From Octopus vulgaris (lineage: Eukaryota), in contig OX597818.1 in assembly GCA_951406725.2 (NCBI GenBank), positions 4,712,001 through 4,776,000 of the forward strand: a stretch of 64,000 nt of DNA. The letters run 5' to 3'. The translations under genes were made by a program, and so were the position numbers. The notes below the pieces were generated by a model. The model was not told where the DNA came from, did no database searches, and worked only from the letters and a program-made list of their open reading frames with translations. Numbering within the stretch: the stretch's first letter is position 1; each line of letters begins with the position of its first letter. This document shows positions 24,859 through 37,260 of the stretch, piece after piece.

Positions 24859-26135
24859 TTGGGTTGGCAACTAAGTTCCCGCCGTTTTTTAAAATTTTGG
24901 AATTTATTGTGTTTTTAAATTTTGGAATCTATTTTTACCGAGAATTCTATTTTTTAATCATTTTGGAATCTATTTTTTTTCTTTTTCTAGTTAATTTTAG
25001 TTAATTTTTGTTTATTTTCAGATCATTAAAATGGAATGTCAAGTTAAGAAAAACGAGCATTTTCGACACCTCCTTCTTTTTGCTTTTAATCAAGGTTCTA
25101 AGGTTGCAAAAGCTACTTGCAACATTTGTGCTGTGTATGGAGAGGGTGCCATAGCTGAAAGAACCACTCGTGATTAGTATGGCAAGTTCAAAAATGGAAA
25201 TTTTGACCTCAAAGACGCACCTCATTCTGGCTATCCAGTTGAGTTCGATGAAGAGCAATTAAACCAATTTTTGCACAAAAATTCTCGACAAATGACAAGG
25301 GAACTGGCAGAGAAAATGGATTGCTCCCACACTGCTATAGAGAAGCATCTTCACTCGATGGGAAAGTTTCAGAAGTATGGAGCATGGGTTCTGCATGCTT
25401 TAAGTGACAACAGTAAAAATCAATGAGCCACAATCTCCACTGGTTTGCTTGCTCATCACTGCTCAACTCATGGATACAAGCAATGATTTCTTTACCAAAT
25501 CGTTACTGGCAACGGAAAATGCTGCCCGTACATTGGAATGGCTTAGTCTCGATAAACAAGTGACACCACTCATGAAACAAGATCTTCATTCACATAAAAG
25601 GATGTTGTTTGCATGGTGGGACTGTGAAGGGATTATCCATTATGAATTGCTTGAACGGAACCAAATGGTCAACACAGAACTCTATGTTCAACAGATGGAA
25701 TGACTCAACATGGCTATTCAAGAGAAAAGACCTAATCAGCAGAATGGAGTTCTTCTGCTGCATGACAATGCCTGCCCTCATATTGCCAAAATTTCACGGA
25801 AGCCATTCAAATGCATGGCTGAGAAGTGCTACCACACCTGCCATGCTCTCCTGATTTGACTCCAACAGATTTCCTCCTCTTTTGATCTCTTTCAAATGCT
25901 ATGTGTGGAGTTTTGTTCAATACTGATGCAGAATTGAGAGCTTGGTTAGATCAATTTATCGAGTCAAAATCAGGTGATTTCTATCAACAAGGTATTGAAA
26001 ATCTTGTTGAACGTTGGGAAGAAGTTGTAAACAAAAAGGGTGAATACATTATTAATTAATTAGTTGTTATTTTTTATTAAACCTTTTAAAAAATTTAAAT
26101 AAAAAAAAATGGCAGGAACTTAGTTGCCAACCCAA
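24859..26135 (+). mobile_element. Mariner (DD34D) element, full length, inactivated
   Basis: TA-flanked TIRs ttgggttggcaactaagttcc / ggaacttagttgccaacccaa. Peptides include MECQVKKNEHFRHLLLFAFNQG, WVLHAL, LLHDNACPH and SPDLTPTDF. Confidence 0.92.
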
Positions 26136-27265
26136 TATATTTCTACTTGTCATATTTTAATTATTAAATCATAGTTTATGTGTTTTAATTGAAAAATTAC
26201 TGCTTTGCCTCAGTTTGATCAACAACCATTAATTAACAATTTGGATGAGTTGCAAATCAACAGGCAATGAAACAAATAATTTATGAAATTCACTGAGTTG
26301 AAGTACACAGTTTTGTTGCTTTAGTTGCATGTAATTTAAAATGAAACTTTAATTAAAAACTTTAATAAAATATTGTAAATAAGTGGTAGCAATAAGATAT
26401 TGCATTATTTAATAATTAATTCTCTTAATATAAAATTTAGCCTTGATGCTCAGCCTAATATTGATATTATGCTGTCTAAGAACCACTTGGTTGACCAGGA
26501 AAGTTAAAATTTTCACTTTAGGGATTATTGCAAGTGTTTTACAACATTGACTGAAAGCTACATTGCCACTAAGGAAAGATTATGATGGCAATTAGTTTAG
26601 TGCTTAAAAGGATAGAAAAAGTCTTGACATTTCAGATTCTTGTCCTTCATCAGAAAAAAAAAATATAGGAAGAAAGTGAATGAGAAAAAGTGGTTGGGGA
26701 AACTGGTGAGGAGGTTAAGGGCAAGATGGGAATGTGGTTCTATGAGGGTAATTAAGAAGGGAGGAGGGGTGAGTGTATGTGTATGCATATAGGGGTGAGT
26801 TGGTGTATTGAGCCAGCCATAGGGGAGGTGTATGTTGTTTGTAGTGAGGTGTCTCTATGTGTACAAGTGTGAAAATGAAGTGGCATGGGGTAATTGATTT
26901 GTGGGTAGTTGATGTGGTGGTTGTAATTGTGTTGTATTCAAGTAAAACTTGGAAGTGAGGAAGTAGCAGCAGCCATGAGTGTGAAGTGAAAAGGAAGACA
27001 AAAAGAACAGGGAGGTGTGTGGTAGAAGATATGTGTGTGCAACGGTATGGCTATGAGATTTCTTTGTTAAAGAAGTGAGAAATGTAAAGAAAAAATAGAG
27101 AAAGAAAAAGTAACAATCATCTGAAAAAGGAAATTATTTTTGTGTTTGTTGTGGAAAGATTCTGACCACCCCACGTAACTGAAAGTTGACTAACACATTT
27201 CAATAAAATAAAGAAACTGTATGAATTGGGGCAGTTAACACCATTTTTTTCTGAGTTCACAGCTT

Positions 27266-29019
27266 TTTTTCCTGTTTCGTTTCATCATTTTTGATCCCTG
27301 TTGGATGTGAGTGGCATTGTTGATTATTTGTTGAAGGTCTCCCGTAAGGGTGAACCTAATTGCTTAAACTCATTGTTGAATTGTTAGTTGCTGTTTTATG
27401 CTTTGATTTTATACTTGTTTTCTTCCCCATTTATGTGTGAAGTAATAAGAAAAGTAAGGATGGAAAGCGAACCAGTTCCGGCCGGCAGCTATGTTCAGCC
27501 ACCATAAGAGGTTTAACTGCAGTCGTGTTACAGCTTCGAGAGGTGAAGATGGAGAAAAAGAAGCTAAAGGAGTTTAACAGACTGATCGAAAAGGAGGGAG
27601 CCAGTTTGAAGTCGACCCCGCCATAAGATTTGATAGCTAATGTGACTAAGCGTACAGTAGTATATAGAACGCTGTCCACGGCAACAAAAGAATTGAAATA
27701 GCTACGGTGGAAGTCATAGAGGAGTGTTTAAAGGAGGTAAAAAGCCTCACAGCATTCTATACCAGAGGGAAAAAGTATGGCACAGTGGAGGGAAGATTCA
27801 CGAGCGAACAAAACTTGATAAAGCACTCCACAGTGACGCTAAGGACACCAGAGTCGGTACTTCAGCCGACGTACTGTGGCAAACGAGTGGCCAGGGTAGG
27901 GATTGGCAGAGTACCCCCGGAGATTGAGGAGGCGTGGCTGGTGGCAGCCATTATGTAGAATATGGAGGAGGAAGCGAAAGTTCTAAAAGTAACAAGAACG
28001 AAAGAGATAAATGGTGGTAAACTGATCTGAATCGCCACCTCGAGGTGGCGGTTCAGGTCAGTTTTCAGGACTTGCACAAGATAGCGGAGGAGGTGAAACT
28101 GCCGGAGAAGTGAGATTAAGAGCAGAGGTGGAGGGAAGACATCCAACCTGTTACCAGTGTGGAGAAGGGGACACATGAGAGCAAGTTGTCCCCAGAATGA
28201 CAAGAAAGGTGAACAGCAACAATAGTAACAGGGTGACGAGCAGGAGCAAAATGCCGGAGTGGCGACCCCAGTGAGTGAGAAGTGGCCAAAGAAGGTGGAG
28301 GAGGAATATACGGTGATAAATAGGAAAAGGTAAAGGAAGGAAAGCGTGGACTCGCCGCCAAAAAGTTCACTAAAGGAAAGAAAATAAACAGGAAGAGTTT
28401 CAGCAGGAGATTCCAACAATATCAACAAAGGAAGCCAACTTAGAAAATCAAGTAGTACTGCAAGAACAAATAACAAAAAAAGAACCAATAAAGAAATGGC
28501 GTATGGTGACATATTCGAAAACTACGGAAATTGAAAAGACAATCAATATGAAGTCAGTAGTGAGAGTGAAGCTAACAATGGAATATTATCCAGAGAGCAC
28601 CAAGGCAATTATAATTGACAAGAAGAAATGTGCAAGATTGAGAGAATTGTTTGGAGATAAGATAGACCCAGCAGGAGTGTGTGTGGTGTTTGATGACTTG
28701 ACGCCAGTAATAGATTATGATTATACTTTACATAGATTAATACCTTACATAAAATGATGAAAAAGAAGTAAGTAAATGTTTGGTGTTTTAATGACTACAA
28801 CCCTGATGAAAAAAGGGAAAAACGAAAAATGATATAAAAACGTTTAAAACATTTAAAATGATACTGCTTGCGAGTGGGGAGCATGCAGCCATTTCACCTC
28901 CATTATTATAATTCATCTTTCATTCGTTCGTTCTGTGTTTTTCGTCCCCACTGTGATGTTGTACCTGTCCTTTTGCCATCCCCCTCTGTGTATGAGCCCG
29001 AGTGCTCAAATAATAAAAG
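27266..29019 (+). mobile_element. ORF1-only (HAL1-like) L1/Tx1-related non-autonomous retroelement, copy 1
   Basis: T-rich 5' UTR, a disrupted ORF 27460-28757 with a CCHC knuckle (PTCYQCGE.GHMRASCP across a frameshift), no RT, and a 3' hairpin tgagc-ccgagt-gctca followed by AATAAA. Confidence 0.7.
27460..28757 (+). pseudogene. Gag/ORF1p-like zinc-knuckle protein pseudogene
   Basis: Colinear and homologous with 29239-30475, e.g. YTRGKKYGTVE, YCGKRVARV..GRVPPEIEEAWLVAAI and STKAIIIDK..C.RLRELFG. Confidence 0.75.
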
Positions 29020-29030
29020 GAGTTAACACC

Positions 29031-30733
29031 GTTTTTTCTTTCTGTTCGGTTTAATCACTTTTGATCTCTGTTAAATGTGAGTTACATTGTTAGTTACAAT
29101 CTGAAGGTCTCCCGCAAGGGTGAACTTACTTGTTGAACATCATTGTTAAATTGTTGAATTGTTGTTGCGGTGTTTTGTCTGTAAACTTAGAATTGTTTTT
29201 CTTCCCCATTTATGGGTGAAATAGAGAAAATGCAAAGGATGGAGTGCGAACCAGTTCTAGCCGGCAGCTATGCTTCAGCCACTGGAAGAAGTTTGATTGC
29301 CAGCATGTTGCCGGTTTGAGAGGTGAAGATGGAGCAGAAGAAGTTGAAGGAGTTCAACAAACCTATAGAGAAGGATGGAAAGATTTTGAGGTTGACATCG
29401 CCGGAAAATTTAACAGCGAGCGTAATGAAGCGGACAGTGGTGTATAGAACGCTGTCCACGACATCGAAAAGAATAGAAATAGCCACACTAGAGGCTATAG
29501 ACGAGTGCTTGAAGAAGGTAAAAAACCTCACAACATACTGCACGAGAGGGAGGAAATACGGCACAGTGGAGGTAAGTTTCGCTAGTGAAAAAGAAACGAT
29601 AAACGACACCATTGTGGCGCTAAGGACACCAGAGTGGGTACTTCTGCTGATTTACTGTGGTAAACGAGTGGCCAGGGTAAGCTTTGGCAGAGTACCCCCG
29701 GAGATTGAGGAGGCGTGGCTGGTGGCAGCCATTTTGTATAATATGGAGAAGGACCTAAAAGTGTTGAAAGTAACGAGGACGAAAGAGGTAAACAGTTGGG
29801 GATACGGTCTCGAAGTGCCATCCAAGTCAGTTTACAAGACTTGCACAAGATAGCGGAGGAAGTAATATTGCTAGAGGACGTGTAATTGAGAGTAGTGGTG
29901 GATGGAAGATCTCCAACCTGTTACTATTGTGGAGTAAGGGGACACATGATAGCAAGGTGTCCCCAGAATGACGATAAAAGTGAAAAGGAACAACTGCAGT
30001 AGCGTGACGAGCAGGAGCAAAATGCAAAGTGACGACCCCAGTACGTGGAAAGTGTCCGGAGATGATGGATGAGGTGTATACGGTGGGGAATAGTAAGAAG
30101 AAAAGGAAAGAATGTAAACAAGAGGCACAATATGAGATATCAACAACAACAAGGGAAGCCAATGCGAAAAAACAGATGGGACTGCAGAAACAAGTGAATA
30201 AAAAAGAACCAAAACCTAAATGCCATATGGTAACATATGCGAAAAGCACAGATATAGAGAGGAAAATAATGAAAATGAAATCAGTAATAAGAGTAAAGAT
30301 AGCGACGGAATACTATTCAGAGAGCACCAAAGCAATTGTTATTGACAAGGAGAGATGCGAAAGACTACGAGAACTGTTCGGAAATAGGATAAACGCAACG
30401 GGATTACGCATGGAGTTCGACGACTTGCCACCAGTAGTAGAGTATGAGGGCCTGTTGCCGCACCAAAAATGGTAAAAAAAGTAAGTAAATATTAAAAAAA
30501 TTCTAAATGACTGTTAAGCAGATGCAAAAAACGAAAAGAAGAGAAAAAAAAAGAACTAGACTAGAAACATTTAAATGATACTACTTGCGAGTGGGAAGCA
30601 AGCAAGCCATTTCATCCTCATTATTATTGTTCATCCTTCATTCATTCGTTATGTATTTTTTGTCCCCACTGTGGCGTTCTATCTATTCTTGTGCCGCCCC
30701 CTCTGTATGAGCCCGAGTGCTCAAATAAAGAAT
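29031..30733 (+). mobile_element. ORF1-only (HAL1-like) retroelement, copy 2 (diverged paralog, head-to-tail with copy 1)
   Basis: Same architecture as copy 1 and ends ctgtatgagcccgagtgctcaaataaag. Confidence 0.7.
29239..30475 (+). pseudogene. Gag/ORF1p-like zinc-knuckle protein pseudogene (~410 codons)
   Basis: MECEPVLAGSYASA start (in-frame TGA), ORF 29323-29853, then LRVVVDGRSPTCYYCGVRGHMIARCP (CX2CX4HX4C) and ORF 30029-30475. Confidence 0.8.
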
Positions 30734-30747
30734 GGAGTTCACAGCTT

Positions 30748-31325
30748 CTCCATCTTCCATTTGTCTGTCACCGTGAGCTCATCCTTGTTCTTAAGCGCCG
30801 TTACCGCTAACATATAAAGCACCAGCCCTCTCCTGCATTTATAAAAACTTTTCCTTTCCTCTACAGTCTACACCAATTTCTTCAGTCTATAATTCTCAAA
30901 GTCATTTCTGAGATATTGACTTTGCAGAGAACAGAATACTCGAGGGGATTTTTCATAATCCTCTTCATCGTTTTCCGTTTCTCTAGCATTTTCTTTGTCT
31001 TCTAGATTCTTTCGCCAGGGTCCTGCTGGCTTGCAGTTTTTGCCTTCCTTATGCAGCTTTGAATTCTCTGTGGTCCTCGGCAAATTATAGTCCTCATCGA
31101 ACTCTTCAGGTTGACTCCAAATTTCCTTCATGATAGCTTCCTGAAACTATTTCACATCAAAGGCCTTTACGCGTTGATTTTTTATTGAAGTATGCAGAGC
31201 CTTTTCTCTTTGATTTCATTGATCACGACCATTGCTTGTAACAAGTGATGATCATTGCCTGTGTCGAATGCCGCTACTATTGAGACGTCTTGCAATATGC
31301 ACCGTTTATCCCACGGAAGAAGCAA
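30748..31325 (-). mobile_element. RTE-type LINE fragment (end of AP endonuclease and linker)
   Basis: Minus strand gives ILQDVSIVAAFDTGNDHHLL (SDH motif-like), LEYSVLCK and ENYRLKKL. Confidence 0.65.
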
Positions 31326-31366
31326 GCACTAAATCCCGAGCAGACTTATATACATACATACATACA

Positions 31367-31425
<59 letters not shown>

Positions 31426-31817
31426 TATATTATATTATATATTGATATATAGGTGGATTATGTATTTGTAATACTAAATTTAAGTTAATTAGGTATTATA
31501 TTATTTGATATTTAGTCAATTTTGTTGTAGATTGTTATATTAAATCTATAGATACTACACATGTATTTTTATTATATGGTTAGCTTATTTAAGGAGTTTG
31601 TCTATATTTGAAACATTTCTTATTTTGATAAGAATTTAATGACTTGTAATAGCTTTGTGTATTTTATTTAATTTTAAAGTATTTAATTATTGAAGTATTA
31701 TTTTATTTTTCACTTATGTATATATAGAATTTTCATATACATATATATATATATATTAAAGTATATTTATTAATTAATTATTTTATTTTAATTATTTTAT
31801 TGTTCTATTTTATTTTT

Positions 31818-31904
31818 AACCTGGTGAGCGACTATATTTATATGGAAGTGATTTCTCTACTACTATAATCATTTCTTAAATATAGCAGCGAAACACGTGT
31901 CGTT
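31818..31904 (+). ncRNA. Hammerhead ribozyme motif with one core substitution, in an AT-rich PLE pLTR remnant
   Basis: aac-CTGGTGA-gcgactatattta...taaatatagcagc-GAAA-cacgt-GTC-gtt, with palindromic stem III. Confidence 0.6.
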
Positions 31905-32151
31905 TTTCTACCTATTATATACATTATATTATTTTTGTAATCTACTTAATCTTTACTTTTTATTGTTATTTTAATTTTAACTTCTCTATTATATGTAATT
32001 TTCTAGATGGTGTAATTTAATTATTCATTTTTAATTGATAAAAGGTGGTTATTTTCTAATATTATATATATATATTGTTGTGTGGAATTTGATTTAGTAT
32101 TTCTAAATTGAATTCTTTTTCCTTGTAAGTTTGGATTTTATTCCCTCAAAT

Positions 32152-32228
<77 letters not shown>

Positions 32229-33779
32229 ATAATTTAGAACAAACAGTAAAAGGTTGTCATTATAGTACTCGGAGTTTCGAATGTCGGAGCGAAGAGCTAC
32301 GATACATTCTCGTTGGCTATTAATGGCAACAAACGCCATGAAAAACCGTTGAATAAAAGGGAAGTTACTCTAATAGTTAGGAAAAATAAAAAAGGAAGAA
32401 AGATAAAAGATACTTGCAACCATGTTCTTACAATAATGGACATAAACCTCCTGCGTTCACAACGTCTATATACGTACACACTCACACAAACATGTATACA
32501 TACATGCACATTTACACACACAGACACACAAATATATATGCACCTACTCATAACACATATCCTCACACATATACATATATAATGATCTCATAAGATAGAT
32601 TGGAAGAAATGACAATTGTGATTTTATGAAAGACTTTAGAAATGTAAAATGAGTTATTTCTAACTTCATCTTTTAATTTATTAATCTATTTGTCACTCCT
32701 AATCGACAATAACATATTACACACGCGAATGCAAAAACAAAAAATATCAACGCGAGGTAAATAATTTTTTAAGTCATAGAATTAATTACAAAGGATTAAT
32801 AACAACATAGGTCCTATCATAGAATAATTAAACTTTGCTATTTATTAATTGCTAATAATTAGTGTTTGGCAATACTTCGTCAAATATTTTACTATAAAGA
32901 CATTTATATTTTATTGCACTACAATGAAACGCGATTAAATTTATTGGGTGGAATTAAAAACAAGTTTTTTTGGTAACTGATATTATTAAATTATATTTGT
33001 TTTATTTTCTTTTCGTTAGTTGTGCAATAAAAGTACCTCCGTTGCTGGTGATGCTTGTGATGTTGAATTATTGTGTTGTATAAAATGGGAGTGTTTGATT
33101 GCATCAGATTGTTAAAAAAGGTTTTGTTGTTTATTGTTGTTTAAGAAGATGTGTAGTTGAAGAGAAATTTGATTGCGTTTTCTGCAATTTCTAGCAGATA
33201 GACGGACAATGCTGAGGCAATAAAATGGAGATTATTCAATTAATGAATGATATTAATGATAATAATGATTTAACTAGTATAATTTTAAATAAATTAAGAC
33301 AATATTTTCATAGCAATGAAGTAAACTTTTGGTATAATCCATTACCGCCATTTACAACAAATCAAAGCAATTTTATATATTGGAAGTCAACAGGATAAAG
33401 AAAGAAAACCCAAGCAAAGTTTACTAGACCTTGATGGGCAACACCAAGATTTCATTCGATTTGGAAGTCAATGAAATACAGCCATACAACTTTGATTGAA
33501 CTCTATTTCCTGATGGCAAGGGGTAATAGGACACACGAATAAGACCTCTGTCTTCATTACCACTTTTCTTTCGTCAGACATCAGAGTAAGTGTCAGATGA
33601 AAGTAAAGTGGGAATGAAGAGAAACAGTGATAGAGATGTGGGAGAGGAGTGGGAAAGAAGTGTAGGTTGTAGTCGTGAAAATATATGTGTATATATGTTA
33701 GGAATAGGAGAAATAGAATTCTTTCTATACAGTGAGGGGATTATTAATGGAGGAAGAGCAAATCATTAATGTTACAATG

Positions 33780-34120
33780 TACTCGACCTGTTGGCTTAGA
33801 CATATTTTCTTTCGCGAGAACAAGACAAAAGAATATAACTTTTATAGTTCATGTAGGCCCCTGAGTGGAGGGAAATCTTCAATATAATCATTTTCTATCA
33901 GAAGCTTATCCTCAAAGAGCTGCATAAGGACTACAAAATAGTACCGGACACAATCGCAAAGGAAATTAACAAAAAGACTTGTGATTTAGGTTTTAACCTC
34001 GGTCTGAAAGATAGGAGTGAAACTTTCGAACCCAGACCACTTCACATAATCTTGAAAGGTCACGAAGAAAATTTCGTCGCGAACTTTTCTGTTCGCTTCA
34101 GTTGCTCCTCCGGCTCTGTC
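33780..34120 (+). mobile_element. Penelope-like RT N-terminal fragment
   Basis: KTKEY...KLILKELHKDYKIVPDTIAKEINKK...LGLKDR..F...HIILKGHEENF resembles the PLE 'ITLKDHKENF' block. Confidence 0.65.
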
Positions 34121-34346
34121 ATATGTTAGCGAGCAGCGCTAACTTCAAAGCTAAGCTGAGTGATCACTAGTCTAGTTTTAGATCGGAAGCAAAAGCTAGC
34201 TGTACATTTTTACATTCAACTCCGACACCTTTTACCCATTTACACTTAGCGGTCGGCAAAATGTGTTGCTATATCTCATGAAACATACGTAGCGTGCATT
34301 TTACCTATTCCCCCCGCTCAATCTTGATCACACAGACACACACGAC

Positions 34347-34398
<52 letters not shown>

Positions 34399-34639
34399 CA
34401 CGTAAAAATATATACACCCACATGGATATATAGAGATTTCACATATAAATGAGCAAATAATACAAAGAACAATAAAAAGCAAAACACATGCATATTTAAA
34501 TATACATCCATCTTCTTATATAGATATGCATACATATATATGCATATGTACACATATCAGAATATGCACATATACACACATATACGTATAACTAAATACG
34601 TAAAAATAAACAAGTACCCTAATAAATATATTGATGATA

Positions 34640-35725
34640 ATTGCAATTATATACTGTCTTGCAAATTAATATCAGTTATTCCTTGATATGCTCAATATAA
34701 TTGTGAATATTCATAAAAATACCTTACAAAAAGGACATAAACGAATTAAAATAGAAGTTTGTGAAATAACAGGTAAAACACTGAGCAGCAAGTATTATAC
34801 TTATGTAATTAATGATAATAATAATAATATTAATAACCATAATAACCAAATTACTTTAGGCCCTACAACATCTAATCGGAATAAGTTTGAAAATAAAAAT
34901 AACAGTAGTTTGTGTAGGAATATTCTGTGGTCCAACTTCCACTTCAGCCTCATTAAAATTATGCAAGAATAATCACAAAGCTACATTTAACCATAAAGAT
35001 AAAGCTAATAGTACTTCTCTATTTAAATTCTCTCGCTGATAGTAGATACACGGTGAAACTGACGTACTCTAACATGCCTAATAGTGCAGAATATATAGTA
35101 AATTTTAACGGTAGTAAATTAAAATATGCAACTTACAATATTACAACTACTGACCGTCCATCAAATACTACCATTCTTAACCATTTAAATAACCGAAATA
35201 GAACATCTGCTACAAATAGTCAACATATTGATATACCTGATTCCAATAATTGTATCGTTAATGAAATTCGAGATGAACCCATCGTAGCTACCAATAATTA
35301 GACTAACCATGTTTTATGTAACTGTCGTAATACATCAGTGTCCTATTAATAATATGTATCTTAGGAAAGATATATTGCATAGATGCTCTATCACTTTGAA
35401 AAGAGCATGTTTATAGTGGTGAATCCTTTTTCTCATTAAAACTGCGCTGGAATAATCACAAATCTACATTTACAAATAAAGATAAAACTAATAGTATTTA
35501 TCTATATAAATTCTTTCGCTGATAATAGCATTGAATATAACCTTACTTGGCCTATTGCATATAATTTACAAGCATATAAAGGTGGTTGGCCGCTGGTGGC
35601 TGTGTATCAGAGGTGTTTCATATTAATAAAATTAAATCGAATATTATCACTGAACGTGATGAATTAATTATAAGCTGCCAGCACCTTAAATACAAATCGT
35701 TCCTATATACTAACTATAGGTAGTC
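34640..35725 (+). mobile_element. Rearranged Penelope-like GIY-YIG fragments
   Basis: CNCRN, KLRWNNHKSTFTNKDKTNS and VKLTYSNMPN are present, and the 'aataatcacaaa.ctacattta' block is duplicated (34968 and 35451). Confidence 0.6.
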
Positions 35726-36048
35726 TAACACTTAACTATTATACTCATACTAATAAACATTATAACTTTGGTCAATGCAAATGTATAATTCCCAAACTTA
35801 TGTTTAACTATAATTTGATCTCAACTTAGTAAAATATAATGTAGTAGACTATATTTAGATATTCCACTATTTGTAAGAATACTTATCACCCATTGATATA
35901 TAACATTCCAGTACATTATACTCATATTTTGTGCCTAAATTATCTTTTACTTGTAATTGAAGGTTTACCCTCTCAAGATCACCTTGATTCTATAATCCTA
36001 CGTCTCGAAACTGCTTTACACTCCTCATTGGTTCTATCTTAGATTTAA

Positions 36049-36081
<33 letters not shown>

Positions 36082-36082
36082 G

Positions 36083-36111
<29 letters not shown>

Positions 36112-36113
<2 letters not shown>

Positions 36114-37260
36114 GACAATACGAAGACCGCGATGCGATCGCAATAGATGTTTTATTGGTTGAACGATATTTTGACAGCTAACCTGTCCTTGTCGAGTTCA
36201 AAATGAAAAGTGATACATAGAAATATAAAATTACAGAAACTCAAATCCAAAATTTAAACAAGGCAGCCAGAGTTCCCACCTTGATGAAATAACATCATCA
36301 GTCTTCAATTTTCAAGTTTACAACTGGCAAAAAGAAAGAGAAAGAGAAAACAGAGAAAATAACAAGTAAAAGAGGAATATTTAATCAAACAGTTTTGTGT
36401 AAATATGATGACATTCTCCTGTTATTTTATTCATCCTACGAGGGTGTGATGTTAACAACTCACAAATATATTTCTCCTCGTGCATTTTGAGAACTAAAAG
36501 TGTAGCAGATTCAGAATATTTTCTGAGAATATGCACTTTCAAGTCTTTTTCAAAACTAAAGCCATTTGATGTAAAATGTTCGGCAAGTTCTGTCGAACTA
36601 CTGTTATTGTGCCTGTTGAAGAGCGAAATATTAGATTTTGTTTCATGAGCCATCTTTAATTCTTGCTCGAAGTAAATTTAGTTTACGTACATCATGAATG
36701 CCTGTGAGACAAGTTTGTAATTCAGTAAGATATCCATATCTAATAGTTAATGTCTCTGGATTGTTTCATTTCTCAACAATTCTATTTTCCTGCGCAATGA
36801 AATATATAATCTTACACATTTTCTTGTTGATCTCTTCATCTTTGCCTCGACAAGTGCAATGAATGCTAATATAAAAAATCCTTTCACAAACCTTGCCGAG
36901 GAAATTAATGATGGAATAATATCGTTTTTGTATTTGTCTAAACAAGTACCTATTTCTATATTGTTTTTTTTATTGCTCCATGCACGGAAGAAATATTTTG
37001 GTTCAGCGCCAGAAGAACAAAAATCTGCGTAAGAAGTTTGTGCTTGTCTGCAATGACAGAGGGCCGTAGTAGTCGTTGCATTCCGTAATCGAAGTTGAGT
37101 GACGTAAGTTTCTACAGTCATTAGTCTTGGCTATGTTTTGGCCACTGGTATGTTTCAAAACAAACGATCTATATATACCTAATGGTCTGTCAAGAAAGAG
37201 CACCAATAACAAAATCTTTAATGACATTTCAATGTGTTGTTTACAACTAGGATTCCAATG
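36112..37260 (-). mobile_element. Unclassified element with a GIY-YIG-like C-terminal domain and (TAA)n tail
   Basis: ORF 36381-36653 (LAEHFTSNGFSFEKDLKVHIL...EEKYICELLTSHPRRMN) resembles a PLE GIY-YIG C-half. The upstream ORFs are unrecognised. Confidence 0.45.

Noticed and set aside
26590-27230. Possible third L1-like 3' end upstream of the ORF1-only pair
   Set aside because: The only support is a purine-rich tract and an AATAAA before the junction motif. No homology to the pair or to ORF2 could be established.
27862-28512. 216-aa hydrophobic minus-strand ORF
   Set aside because: It is the antisense shadow of the purine-rich ORF1 pseudogene.
28800-28835. ccCTGATGA...cGAAA as a hammerhead in the ORF1-only element
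   Set aside because: Stems II and III cannot form, and the motif is not conserved in the second copy.
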